Source: an uncultured archaeon (GTDB lineage Archaea; Thermoproteota; Nitrososphaeria; Nitrososphaerales; Gagatemarchaeaceae). Taken from it: a stretch of DNA of 64,000 nucleotides. Made by a program: the position numbers and the translations under genes. Under the pieces are notes generated by a model, which had not been told where the DNA came from, ran no database searches, and was given only the letters and a program-made list of their open reading frames with translations. This document shows positions 19,559 to 28,964 of this stretch, piece by piece; position 1 is the stretch's first letter, and each line of letters begins with the position of its first letter. The stretch is from assembly GCA_963817525.1 (NCBI GenBank), contig CAWFOU010000001.1, forward strand, positions 608,001 to 672,000. Reading direction: 5' to 3'.

Positions 19559-19852
19559 TTGAGCTGGATCAGGATGCCTAGAGCGAAATCCAAAGAGACG
19601 CCATGGAAAGGCCCGACCGAGGAGGAGCGAGCCCAATTCAGGAAGATGATGACCGAGATGTTCGGGGCCCGGATAGAGACGTTCGCCAAGAACTCCGCTA
19701 GGTACGCCGAGGTCCTCGGTGGTTTCAGGGCGTCGCTGATACAGTCGGGGTTCTCCGCTGAGGAGTCGATGCAGATAGTCCTCAGGGTCGCCGAGCAGCA
19801 GGGCGGGCGGGCGTTCGGGCGCGGACCCGGTGGCCAGTGGCACAAGCGCTGA
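19559..19852 (+). CDS. hypothetical helical protein
   Basis: Host-like codon usage; TTTATCAA upstream; start at 19559 or 19574. Confidence 0.7.
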   Translation: MSWIRMPRAKSKETPWKGPTEEERAQFRKMMTEMFGARIETFAKNSARYAEVLGGFRASLIQSGFSAEESMQIVLRVAEQQGGRAFGRGPGGQWHKR

Positions 19853-20052
19853 CTAGCCTACCAAAGTTTTAAGCGGATAGACTGGAAGAGGGCCGTCGAT
19901 GTCCGGAGCGGACGAGTTCATCGCCCTCATCCGGAAAGGGAGGCGCGTCCTCGTCGCCGAGTTTGGCCATACCATCTGAGGTCGCTCCGAGTCATGTTGT
20001 CCTGACCACTCCTATTCGATGCTATATCGTGCAACAGACGGCTTGACTGTCC

Positions 20053-20439
20053 TCACCCGCTATCTGACTTGAAGGCCTTCAAGAACTTGGCCAGTTCCAC
20101 GAAATTCTGGTTCCCGTCGCCCTTTACCAATTTGACGATGTGCTCCCTGTTGTTCAGCGTGACCCTTTTTTCGGGTTGGTAGCTCGTTTCAGAGAATGTG
20201 ACCATCGCGTAGTGAATTCTGCCCTTCAAGCTCTCCCCTATTATCTCCGGAGTCGGAAGGAATTCGCTTATCACGAATGCGATTCCGTCAACCCAGGTGA
20301 TGCCCGGAGTCCCTCCTGCCTTCTGGGCCTCGGCTTGCTCCACCACATTTGACAGCAGGTCAGCGATCTCTACCTTCCTCAGTTCATGGACGATTATCTT
20401 TGAGTAGGGCAGATATTCTATCTCGACCAAGGAAACCAT
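20053..20439 (-). CDS. hypothetical protein
   Basis: 128-aa ORF; AAGGTGA SD-like sequence and CTTAATA upstream. Confidence 0.75.
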   Translation of the reverse strand: MVSLVEIEYLPYSKIIVHELRKVEIADLLSNVVEQAEAQKAGGTPGITWVDGIAFVISEFLPTPEIIGESLKGRIHYAMVTFSETSYQPEKRVTLNNREHIVKLVKGDGNQNFVELAKFLKAFKSDSG

Positions 20440-20640
20440 CCGTGGATTGCTGTCACCTTCATTCCGTATTAAGGATAGCCACTTGTTTTCGCTCTCGAAC
20501 CCGAGTCCGGCTGACTCTGCTCACTGATCACGCCTGGCCACCAGCATCTAGAGGTTCACAACCTATATCTCGCAGGGTTTTCGCACGGTCCCGCCGCCAT
20601 GCCCGCTCTCCGCCGCTCTAAGAGGACCAGGTGCTAGGAG

Positions 20641-21423
20641 TTGGACATCTCGCAGGGGCAGCCGGCCCTCAAGCTCGAGTCGCTCTACAAGTCCTTCGGC
20701 GACATCAAGGCCGTCAACGGGATAGACCTCCGCCTGAATCGCGGCGAGATAGTGGGCCTCCTCGGGCCGAACGGCAGCGGCAAGTCCACGACGATGAAGA
20801 TGATCCTGGGCATATTGAGGCCCGACGCCGGGGAGGTCTACATCAACGGGGAAAAGGAGACGACCGCCCCGGTCGAGCTCAAGAAGAAGATGGGCTACGT
20901 CCCCGAGACCCCCCAGCTCTACGAGTTCCTGACGGGGCTGGAGTACATCGACTTTGTGGCTGAGATGTACGGCGTCCCGCCATCGGAGAGGAAGGAGAGG
21001 GTCACCCACTTCCTCGAGGGGATGCAGCTCGCGGGGCACGAGCACGAGCTCATCAGCGGATACTCGCAGGGCATGAAGCAGAAGGTCGGCATAATTTCCG
21101 CCCTCGTCCACAAGCCTCAGATCCTCGTCCTCGACGAGGCGCTGAACGGCCTGGACCCCCGCTCCGCGCGGCTGGTCAAGGACCTCCTCAAGGAGCTCGC
21201 GGGGGAGGGGGTCTCGATCCTTTTCAGTACGCACGTGCTCGAGATAGCCCAGGCCCTGTGCGACAGGGTGGCGATAATGTACCGGGGAAACATCATGGCC
21301 GAGGGGACGATGGCCGAGCTCAGGCAGACCGCTGGCCTCCCCGGGTCGAGCCTAGAGGAGGTGTTCCTGAAGATGACGGGGACGGACGACATCGGCGAGG
21401 TCGTGAAGGAGCTTTCCAGATAG
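20641..21423 (+). CDS. ABC exporter ATP-binding protein
   Basis: GPNGSGKST, YSQGMKQK, LVLDE and STH. Confidence 0.95.
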   Translation: MDISQGQPALKLESLYKSFGDIKAVNGIDLRLNRGEIVGLLGPNGSGKSTTMKMILGILRPDAGEVYINGEKETTAPVELKKKMGYVPETPQLYEFLTGLEYIDFVAEMYGVPPSERKERVTHFLEGMQLAGHEHELISGYSQGMKQKVGIISALVHKPQILVLDEALNGLDPRSARLVKDLLKELAGEGVSILFSTHVLEIAQALCDRVAIMYRGNIMAEGTMAELRQTAGLPGSSLEEVFLKMTGTDDIGEVVKELSR

Positions 21424-21445
21424 CGACGGGGAGCGCGCGACTCGG

Positions 21446-23095
21446 CTGGGCAAGGTCTACGCGATAGCGCTCATACTGGCCAAGTCGCAGCTTCGCGCGG
21501 GCAGGAGCGGGAGGGGCGGGGAGAGCTTCTTCAGGAATCCGGCCATCCTCGCTGTCGTCGACGTGGTCTGCTTCGCGGTGTGCGGGGCGATAGGTTTCCT
21601 GGTGGCGGGGGCGATCATCGCGCTCCCGCCGGCGCAGGCGGCCCCTCTCATCACCGTGGTCCGCGAGGTCCTGGTGTTCGTGCCGGCGCTCGTCCCGAGC
21701 GTGGTGCTCGTGGCGGGGGTGCTCTTCGAGCTGGGGGCGTCCTCCAAGTTCGCCTCGAGCGACGCGATAAACTGGCTACCCGTCACTCAGGGCGAGTACG
21801 TCACCGCCTCGACCCTTTCCATCGTGTACAACTACTCGGTGGTGCCCTCGGTGATAATGGGGCTGACCCTAGGGCCCGCCGTCAGGCTCGGGTATGGCGG
21901 GACGTGGGTGGAGATGCTCTTCCTCAGCGGTGTCTCCCTGTTCTATGGCGGGGCCATCGTTGAGATCCTGAGGGCGGCGATAAACAGGGTGAGCACGGTC
22001 GTGATGAGCCGCGCTAGGCGCGGCGCGCTGGTCCTCAGGCTGGCCGCGACGATAGGGGTGATACTCGCGGTCGAGGTGATATTCAACTTCGTCTTCCTCA
22101 TCCGGTTGGTGGGCGGCTTCTCATCCGCCCTGAGCGCCGTCGAGTTTGTCCCGGTCCTGTGGGCGTCCCTCGCGGTGAGGGCGAGCCTGGTCGGCGACCC
22201 CGCCCTGAGCGTCCTGTACGCGGCGGCCACGGTCGCCTTCTCGGCGGCCATGCTCTGGGCTGCCGTGAAGGTGCGCTCGAGGTACTGGTCTCCGACGCCT
22301 TACCAGGTCAACGTCACCGCGGGCGAGTACAAGCCGCTAGAGGGTCCTTCGTTGTTCTCCTCGCTCTTCAGGCTGAGCCCGGCGGAGGCGACGCTGGTAA
22401 GGAAAGACTTCAGGGGGATGACGCGGCGGCGCGAGCTGCTCCAGTACTTTGCCATCCCGTTCGTCCTCGCGATCGTCTTCATCTTCGAGATATTCTTCAG
22501 CCCGTCCGCCGCCGGGTCGCAGAGCGTGGCCTCCGACCAGCTCCCCATCTGGTTCGTCGGGGGGCTCTTCGGCCTCATGATATCGTCGATAAGCTTCGGG
22601 CAGGAGGGGAGGTCTGCCCCCCTGCTCTATTCGCTCCCCATCACCGCCAAGCAGGTGCTCCGGGCGAAGATATTCACGTCGATGCTCCTCGCGATGCTCG
22701 CGACCCTCTTCATCTACGCCGTGGTCACCGTGATCTCGAGGCCGGCCCCCCTGGCGGCGTTCGAGGACCTCCTCCTTGCGGTCGCCATAACCGCGGAGGA
22801 GGTGCTCATAGGGACGGCCTTCGGGGCCAAGTACCCAGACTTCCAGGAGAGGCCGAGGCCCCGCTTCGTCGACCCCTACGGGATCATCGTCATGGTGATC
22901 GTCGGGATGACCGTGATGGTCTTTACCGCCCTCCCCCTCCTCCTGCGCGCCGCCCTGACGTCCTTCCCCAGCCTCGAGTCGGAGGTGCAGGACCTTTTCC
23001 TGGTCTCCCTAGCGTTCGCGGTCGCCGTGATCGGCCTCGCCTACAGCTGGGCGAGCCGTCAGACGAGGAGGCTCTTCGTCGAGTTCAGGTGGTAA
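21446..23095 (+). CDS. ABC exporter permease (multi-TM)
   Basis: Many TM helices; EGRSAPLLYSLPI..LRAK; frame open upstream to CTG 21446. Confidence 0.85.
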   Translation: MGKVYAIALILAKSQLRAGRSGRGGESFFRNPAILAVVDVVCFAVCGAIGFLVAGAIIALPPAQAAPLITVVREVLVFVPALVPSVVLVAGVLFELGASSKFASSDAINWLPVTQGEYVTASTLSIVYNYSVVPSVIMGLTLGPAVRLGYGGTWVEMLFLSGVSLFYGGAIVEILRAAINRVSTVVMSRARRGALVLRLAATIGVILAVEVIFNFVFLIRLVGGFSSALSAVEFVPVLWASLAVRASLVGDPALSVLYAAATVAFSAAMLWAAVKVRSRYWSPTPYQVNVTAGEYKPLEGPSLFSSLFRLSPAEATLVRKDFRGMTRRRELLQYFAIPFVLAIVFIFEIFFSPSAAGSQSVASDQLPIWFVGGLFGLMISSISFGQEGRSAPLLYSLPITAKQVLRAKIFTSMLLAMLATLFIYAVVTVISRPAPLAAFEDLLLAVAITAEEVLIGTAFGAKYPDFQERPRPRFVDPYGIIVMVIVGMTVMVFTALPLLLRAALTSFPSLESEVQDLFLVSLAFAVAVIGLAYSWASRQTRRLFVEFRW

Positions 23096-23170
23096 GGCCC
23101 AGTTAGAGCTGTAGCGGCGAGGGTACGATATGAATAACCTTAACTCCGTTCCATCTTTCGACAATGCAAG

Positions 23171-23665
23171 GTGGCCGGGCCGTTGAAGAAATTGACCTCT
23201 CCCGAATATGCGTCGACTTCCAAGACAGAAAGGGGCCTCGAGCGCGCGTCAAAGCTCGCGGTCTCGGTGCTGGAGGCCTTAGCAGACGGCCATTCAAGAA
23301 GGATGCTGGGCTCCGCCATCGCCCGAGGGAGGACCGTGGAGCAGCTTAGCGCCGAAACAGGCGTGCCCGTCAGCACATGCTATAGGAAGTTGAGGGTGCT
23401 GGTGGAAAACGGGCTGATGGTCACCCGGAAGATGGGCGGGGGCGTCGGAACCAGACAGTTGGTATATCGCACTTCCATCAACAGCGCCACTTTGAGGTTG
23501 GATTCGGAAGGGCTCGGGATAGAGTTCAAGACTAACTCTGCCGCCAGGAAAAGGACCCGCGCGGCGAAGCGTCCCAGAAAGCACGGACGACCGAGAGACT
23601 CTTCGGGCGACCGCCGCGTCGGCCGCGGGCGAAAGGGGTCGGCGCCGGCAGAGCCCTCCCACTAG
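23171..23665 (+). CDS. winged-HTH regulator with basic tail
   Basis: LEALADGHSRRML..TVEQLSAETGVPVSTCYRKLRVL. Confidence 0.75.
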   Translation: MAGPLKKLTSPEYASTSKTERGLERASKLAVSVLEALADGHSRRMLGSAIARGRTVEQLSAETGVPVSTCYRKLRVLVENGLMVTRKMGGGVGTRQLVYRTSINSATLRLDSEGLGIEFKTNSAARKRTRAAKRPRKHGRPRDSSGDRRVGRGRKGSAPAEPSH

Positions 23666-23849
23666 CAAGTCATTCTCGTACGACCAATTGTCCCTGGGCG
23701 TGCCCGGCTCTCCGCACCAATTGGGAGCCAGCGGGAGGTGCCAGGGAGGGAAGCGAGAACGGCCGCTCGAAGAACCTCCCCTTGGCGATAGCAGCAGACC
23801 GGGGGTCGGCAACGTTTATTCCTCGACGTCCCGACGCCAAGGCGATTAC

Positions 23850-25295
23850 TTGAAAGACGGCGCCTACGGATACGACTCGTTCCTGTCGCCCTTCACCTGG
23901 CGCTACGGCAGCGAAGAGATGAGGAAGCTCTTCTCCGAAGAGGAGAGGAGGGCGACCTGGAGGAGGGTCTGGCTGAGCCTCGCGGAGGCGGAGGCGGGCC
24001 TGGGCCTGATCTCCGAGAGGGAGCTAGGCGGGATCAGGAGGAGCGTCGGGGAGGTCGACATCGCAAAGGCGCACGAGATAGAGAAGAGGATCAAGCACGA
24101 CCTCATGGCGGAGCTCAGGGTGTTCGCCGACCAGGCCAAGGAGGGAGGGGGGAAGCTGCACCTCGGGGCGACCTCGATGGACATCGAGGACAACGCCGAC
24201 GTGATGATATTCGCAAAGGCCCTCGACCTGGTGGGCAGGCGGCTCGTGAGCTGCCTGGACGCCGCCGCCGCGAGGGTGAAGGAGCACAAGGGGCTCGTGT
24301 GCATGGGGTGGACCCACCTCCAGCCCGCGGAGCCCACGACGATGGGATACCGGTTCGCCAACTACGCGCAGGACATCGTCACCGACATCAAGCTGATCGA
24401 GAACCTCCGCAGGGAGTTCGTCAAGGGCAAGGGCGTGAAGGGCGCGGTCGGGACGTCCGCGAGCTACACGAAGCTGCTCGGGAGCGCCGCCAAGGCCAGG
24501 CGCCTCGAGGAGGAGGTGATGGCGGGCCTCGGGCTCGGGTACTTCGACGTGGCCACTCAGACGTATCCCAGGAAGCTCGACTACCTCATCCTGAGCGCGC
24601 TGGCCTCCGTGGCGGCATCCTGCGCCAAGTTCGGACTAGACCTGAGGGTCCTCCAGTCGCCAAACTTCGGGGAGCTCTCGGAGCCTATGGAGGAGTCGCA
24701 GGTAGGCTCGAGCTCGATGCCGTTCAAGAGGAACCCGGTGACCGCGGAGCGCATGTGCTCGCTGGCGAGGGTCGTCTCCGTCATGCCGCTGGTGGCCTTC
24801 ATGAACGCCTCGAACAACATCCTCGAAAGGACGCTGGACGACTCAGCCGCCAGGAGGATAGCCATCCCCGAGGCGTTCCTCGCGGTGGACGAGTGCCTCG
24901 CGATATACGAGAGGCTGATGAGGGGCGTCCGCGTCTATCCGGCCATGATCGAGAGGAACCTCGAGAGGTTCGGGGCCTTCGCGGGCACGGAGGCGGTCAT
25001 GATGGAGCTCGCGAGCAAGGGCGAGGACCGGCAGGCGGTCCACGAGATGATAAGAGTGGAGTCGTTCAAGGCGTGGGAATCTGTGATGAAGGGGGAGCCC
25101 AACCCGCTGGAGGAGCTCCTCTGGGGGGAGAAGGCCGTGTCCTCCAAGCTCACGAGGAAGCGCCTGAAGGCGCTCCTGGACCCCTCGACCCACACGGGAG
25201 GCGCGGAGGATAGCTGCGACGAGTTCCTAAAGAAAGCGGTTGCTCCCGTGCTAGCCGGTCGCAAGAGGGCTAGCCGGTCGAAGGTCGAGTACTAG
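23850..25295 (+). CDS. purB: adenylosuccinate lyase
   Basis: HLGATS, THLQPAEPTT and GSSSMPFKRNP; start TTG 23850. Confidence 0.95.
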   Translation: MKDGAYGYDSFLSPFTWRYGSEEMRKLFSEEERRATWRRVWLSLAEAEAGLGLISERELGGIRRSVGEVDIAKAHEIEKRIKHDLMAELRVFADQAKEGGGKLHLGATSMDIEDNADVMIFAKALDLVGRRLVSCLDAAAARVKEHKGLVCMGWTHLQPAEPTTMGYRFANYAQDIVTDIKLIENLRREFVKGKGVKGAVGTSASYTKLLGSAAKARRLEEEVMAGLGLGYFDVATQTYPRKLDYLILSALASVAASCAKFGLDLRVLQSPNFGELSEPMEESQVGSSSMPFKRNPVTAERMCSLARVVSVMPLVAFMNASNNILERTLDDSAARRIAIPEAFLAVDECLAIYERLMRGVRVYPAMIERNLERFGAFAGTEAVMMELASKGEDRQAVHEMIRVESFKAWESVMKGEPNPLEELLWGEKAVSSKLTRKRLKALLDPSTHTGGAEDSCDEFLKKAVAPVLAGRKRASRSKVEY

Positions 25296-25335
25296 GGGCG
25301 TCACGCAATGCGCTGCGTCGGTGGCGCGATTTCGG

Positions 25336-25755
25336 TCAGGCGGCGGTGACCAGGACGCCCTTCGCTTTCAGTCTAGCGCTCATCTTCAGCTGGTCCTCGT
25401 CGAAGGTCAGAAGTTCTGACCCCGATTTGGCCGACAGCGCGACCAGGAGGTCCATCTCGGCGAGAGGCTCTCCGCTCAACAGCGCGTCGGCCTGCACCTC
25501 CGCAGCGTTTCGTACCACCTCGCCATCGACCTCATAGACCGTGAGCCAGTCCATCGCTTCCTCCAGCCAGGCGGATTCCCTCGCGTCTCCGTGCTTCTTC
25601 CACAGATAGTTCGCACCCAGAAGCAGCTCGTACTCTGTAAGCCTGCTTATTCCGAGTTCGTCTGCTTCGCTCCTCCTCATCTTCAGGGCGTCTTGGGCCT
25701 TCGAGTTCCCCCTTCGCAGCGCGATCAGGAAGCTCGTGTCGAGGATTAGTCTCAC
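25336..25755 (-). CDS. vapC: VapC PIN-domain toxin
   Basis: ILDTSFLI..YELL..DLLVA..LLTFD. Confidence 0.9.
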   Translation of the reverse strand: MRLILDTSFLIALRRGNSKAQDALKMRRSEADELGISRLTEYELLLGANYLWKKHGDARESAWLEEAMDWLTVYEVDGEVVRNAAEVQADALLSGEPLAEMDLLVALSAKSGSELLTFDEDQLKMSARLKAKGVLVTAA

Positions 25756-25970
25756 GAGCGTCTTGCCCTCGTCCGCTTTCTGACCCCTTCCACGATCTTC
25801 GCGAGCTCGTCTTCCCTGCCGGTCCTGTACGATTCTAGCTTCACGATCCGGTCGATCCTCTCGCCAACGTTGGCGGAGACGAGCCAGTTTATGGTCTCGG
25901 AGAAGGACCTACCGTGCTTGATGGACTCTAGCCTCTTGTAGGTCTCGTCCGATATGGTAATGGTCTTCAT
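25752..25970 (-). CDS. vapB: VapB antitoxin (DUF217-like)
   Basis: MKTITISDETYKRL..SFSETI; 4-bp overlap with vapC; CTTAAATA upstream. Confidence 0.88.
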   Translation of the reverse strand: MKTITISDETYKRLESIKHGRSFSETINWLVSANVGERIDRIVKLESYRTGREDELAKIVEGVRKRTRARRS

Positions 25971-26013
25971 GTCCAACACACGATACACGAAACTCGTATT
26001 TAAGCTCCCTCGT

Positions 26014-26109
26014 GAGGCGCCAACGAGAGCTGCGACGAGTTCCCACTGGGCGGACGCTCCGATACTAGCGGTCTGAAAGGAGGCTAGTCCCTCAAAGGTG
26101 GAGTACTAA
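26014..26109 (+). repeat. diverged duplicate of the purB 3' end (25198-25295)
   Basis: Exact AGCTGCGACGAGTTCC and AAGGTNGAGTACTA; residual GA..SCDEF and SKVEY* coding. Confidence 0.85.
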
Positions 26110-26125
26110 CCGGGGCAGGAGCGCG

Positions 26126-27199
26126 TCACGCGACTCGCTCGGAGCCGACCAGCACGCCTTCCCCTTTCTTGACCACGCCAATCTCCCGGCCATCAAAGCC
26201 CATCTTCTGGTAGCGGCTGATGACCGCGTCGGCCTCGCTCCGAGGCGTGACGAGGCAGAGCCCCACACCCATGTTGAAGGTCCGGTACATCTCGGCGTCG
26301 GTCAGGTCGCCCTTGCGCTGCAAGAACCCGAATATCGGTGGGGCAGAGCCGATATCCAGGCCGGCCAGGTCGAACTGGAGCTTCCTTGAGCCCACGAGCC
26401 TGGTCAGCTTGGCGAAGGCCCCTCCCGTGATGTGCGCGATCCCGTGGACCTCGCTGCGTCGCAGGGCGTCGAGGGTAGGCCTCACGTAGATCCTGGTCGG
26501 CTTGAGCAGCGCGTCCCCGATGGTCTCCCCCAGCTCCTCGACCTCGTCGTCCATGGTCATCCCTCTAACGACGCGCCGGGCGAGCGTGTAGCCGTTGGAG
26601 TGGAGGCCCGAGCTGGCGATCCCGAGCACCGCGTCGCCCGACCGGATGGCGCTCCCGTCAACTAGTGAGCCCCTCTTCACCAAGCCCACCCCCATCGAGA
26701 CCAGGTCGAACCCGTAACCGTCGACCCCTTTGAGGAGGTCTCCCACTATCGCCGTCTCCCCGCCCACGATGGCAACGCGCGCGTCCGCCGCGCCCGCCAC
26801 GAGCCCCCGGGATAGCTGGGCGACGAACTCGTCGTTCTCCTTCTCAAGCGCGATGTAGTCAAGTAGCGCCACGGGCTCCGCCCCAAGGCAGATGAGGTCG
26901 TTGACCGTCATCGCCACGCAGTCTATCCCGACCGTGTCGAACTTGCGCATCTCCTGCGCTATCAGCACCTTGGTCCCCACCCCGTCGGTGTGCATGGCGA
27001 GAAGCCTCTGCCCGCCGATGTCGATTAGGCCAGCGTAGTGACCGATCCCGATCGCCGGCTCCCCGAACTTGCCCTTCCTCCACTCGAATGTTGCAGAGAG
27101 GACGTCTGCTAAGGAGCCCTGGATGGCGCGCACCTTTTGGACGTCCACGCCAGCGCGCGCGTAGGCGTCGCCCTTCCTCTTTGGTTTCTGGTCGGGCAA
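26126..27199 (-). CDS. purM: AIR synthetase
   Basis: YARAGVD, TDGVGTK, GGETA, SSGLHSNGYT and HITGG. Confidence 0.96.
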   Translation of the reverse strand: MPDQKPKRKGDAYARAGVDVQKVRAIQGSLADVLSATFEWRKGKFGEPAIGIGHYAGLIDIGGQRLLAMHTDGVGTKVLIAQEMRKFDTVGIDCVAMTVNDLICLGAEPVALLDYIALEKENDEFVAQLSRGLVAGAADARVAIVGGETAIVGDLLKGVDGYGFDLVSMGVGLVKRGSLVDGSAIRSGDAVLGIASSGLHSNGYTLARRVVRGMTMDDEVEELGETIGDALLKPTRIYVRPTLDALRRSEVHGIAHITGGAFAKLTRLVGSRKLQFDLAGLDIGSAPPIFGFLQRKGDLTDAEMYRTFNMGVGLCLVTPRSEADAVISRYQKMGFDGREIGVVKKGEGVLVGSERVA

Positions 27200-27227
27200 G
27201 GGTCGGCCTTGGTGCCTTGGCTAGCTA

Positions 27228-28073
27228 TTAGAGTTCTCGTCCCGTGATGCTTTCGTAGACGTGCACGTACCTTCGGCTTACCTCGTCTACCAGGTCGCGC
27301 GGGAGCTCCGGGGGAGGCGGTACTGGCTGGCCCGCCTTGCGGGCAGAGTCGAGCTTGGCCTTGTACCCGGAGGCCTGGAGCCAGTCGCGCACGGGCTGCT
27401 TGTCGTAGCTCTCCTGGGTCTTCCCGGGCGCGTATGAGGCCGCCGGCCACATCCGGAACTCGTCGGGCCCTATCGAGTCCGCCATCAGGACGTTGCCTGC
27501 GGAGTCCTTCCCGAACTCGAGCTTGAGGTCGGCGAGGATGAAGCCCGCCTCTAGCGCCTTGTTCGACATCTTCTCGTAGACCCCGATGGTCGATGCCTTG
27601 ACCTTCTTCAAGTCGGGCGGGGTCATGAGGCGCTCCTCGAGGATCTGCGCCTCCGTGATCGGCTCGTCGTGGACCTCCGACTTGGTCGTGGGGTCGAAGT
27701 AGGGCGCGGGGAGCCTCGTCGCGAGTACCTTGGGGACGGGCAGGGAGACCTCGCCCTTGCCCATCCTCTCGAAGAGGCTGCCGTAGAGGTAGCCCCTGAC
27801 GACGCACTCGACCATTATCATCTGGAGCTTCTTGACCACCATCCCGTTCGACCCCTCTAGCCTGACCATGTGGTTGGGAACCCCGAGGGTCTCAAACCAG
27901 TAGGCGCCCATCTTGGCGAGGGCCTCGCCCTTACGGGGGATCGCGGTCGGGAGCACCACGTCGAAGGCCGACACCCTGTCGGTGAAGCGGAAGAGAAGGT
28001 GGTCTGAATCGAACTCGTAGATGTCCTTGACCTTCCCTGAGCGGATGAACTTGGGCGCTTTCGCCGTCTTTAC
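27228..28073 (-). CDS. purC: SAICAR synthetase (start codon unresolved)
   Basis: RSGKVKDIY..FTDRVSAFD lies upstream of the track's start; DLKLEFG and SYDKQ. Confidence 0.93.
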   Translation of the reverse strand, partial: VKTAKAPKFIRSGKVKDIYEFDSDHLLFRFTDRVSAFDVVLPTAIPRKGEALAKMGAYWFETLGVPNHMVRLEGSNGMVVKKLQMIMVECVVRGYLYGSLFERMGKGEVSLPVPKVLATRLPAPYFDPTTKSEVHDEPITEAQILEERLMTPPDLKKVKASTIGVYEKMSNKALEAGFILADLKLEFGKDSAGNVLMADSIGPDEFRMWPAASYAPGKTQESYDKQPVRDWLQASGYKAKLDSARKAGQPVPPPPELPRDLVDEVSRRYVHVYESITGREL

Positions 28074-28178
28074 GGTACCCCCATCCTCGGGCTTGCCGTG
28101 AAGAGTTCGTATTTGAGTCTTGTCCGTGAACAGAGAAGGAAAAGATGGTATACCGTTCTATAAGCGATATATGCGGAG

Positions 28179-28958
28179 GTGCGACCTTTTCCGATGTTGC
28201 CTAGCGAACGCGAGGCCATCACTAAGGCAGCGATCCTGTGTGGGGGCGAGGGCAAGAGGCTCAGGCCGCTAACGCAGTATTTCCAGAAGACGATGATACC
28301 CGTGGGCCCCAAGATGAAGCCTCTCCTTGAGTTCGTCGTGAAGCTGATGGTGTACCACGGCGTCCCGGACATCGTCCTGCTCTCGGGGTACAGGGCGGAG
28401 GAGATAGAGAGATATTTTGGGGACGGGGCGAGGTTCGGTGCTAGGATCAGCTACTCGAGGGATGCCGAGGAGGCAGGCGGAAGCGCACAAGCCCTCATGC
28501 ACGCGATCTCCGACGGAAAAATCGGGAAATTCGACGAGCTGATAGTCTACTACGGCGACGTGCTCTCAGCTCTCGACGTAGGGGCGGTCCTGGGCAAACA
28601 CCGCTCCTCGCGCGCGGACATGACCCTCGTGCTCTCCAAGAACTATGCCGTTCCAGTGGGTGTGGCTCAGGTGCGGGGCGACCGCGTGGTCAAGTTCCGC
28701 GAAAAGCCGGACCTCGGCCTTACAGTGACCATGGGCTGCATCGCGATGTCTTACTCTTGCGTCGGGATTCTCAGGCAGATCACTTCTCGTGGCCAGAAGA
28801 GGGACATCATGGGTCACCTCGTGCCCCGGGTGATAGAGCGCGGAATGAAGGTGGCGCCATTCTATCTCGACAGGTTCTGGTACGACGTAGGCTCTACCGA
28901 GGCCTTCGAGAGGCTCGATGACGCCACCCTGGGCTCACACATGGGATTCCTGGACTGA
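28179..28958 (+). CDS. sugar-phosphate nucleotidyltransferase
   Basis: ILCGGEGKRLRPLT, YYGD, FREKP and WYDVG. Confidence 0.92.
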   Translation: MRPFPMLPSEREAITKAAILCGGEGKRLRPLTQYFQKTMIPVGPKMKPLLEFVVKLMVYHGVPDIVLLSGYRAEEIERYFGDGARFGARISYSRDAEEAGGSAQALMHAISDGKIGKFDELIVYYGDVLSALDVGAVLGKHRSSRADMTLVLSKNYAVPVGVAQVRGDRVVKFREKPDLGLTVTMGCIAMSYSCVGILRQITSRGQKRDIMGHLVPRVIERGMKVAPFYLDRFWYDVGSTEAFERLDDATLGSHMGFLD

Positions 28959-28964
28959 TCCGGG

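Noticed and set aside
28092-28130. 15-bp match to 14493-14507 and short TGCCGTGAA-like repeats as an island att site
   Set aside because: The partner lies inside the aminotransferase CDS and no counterpart was found at the purE boundary; probably chance
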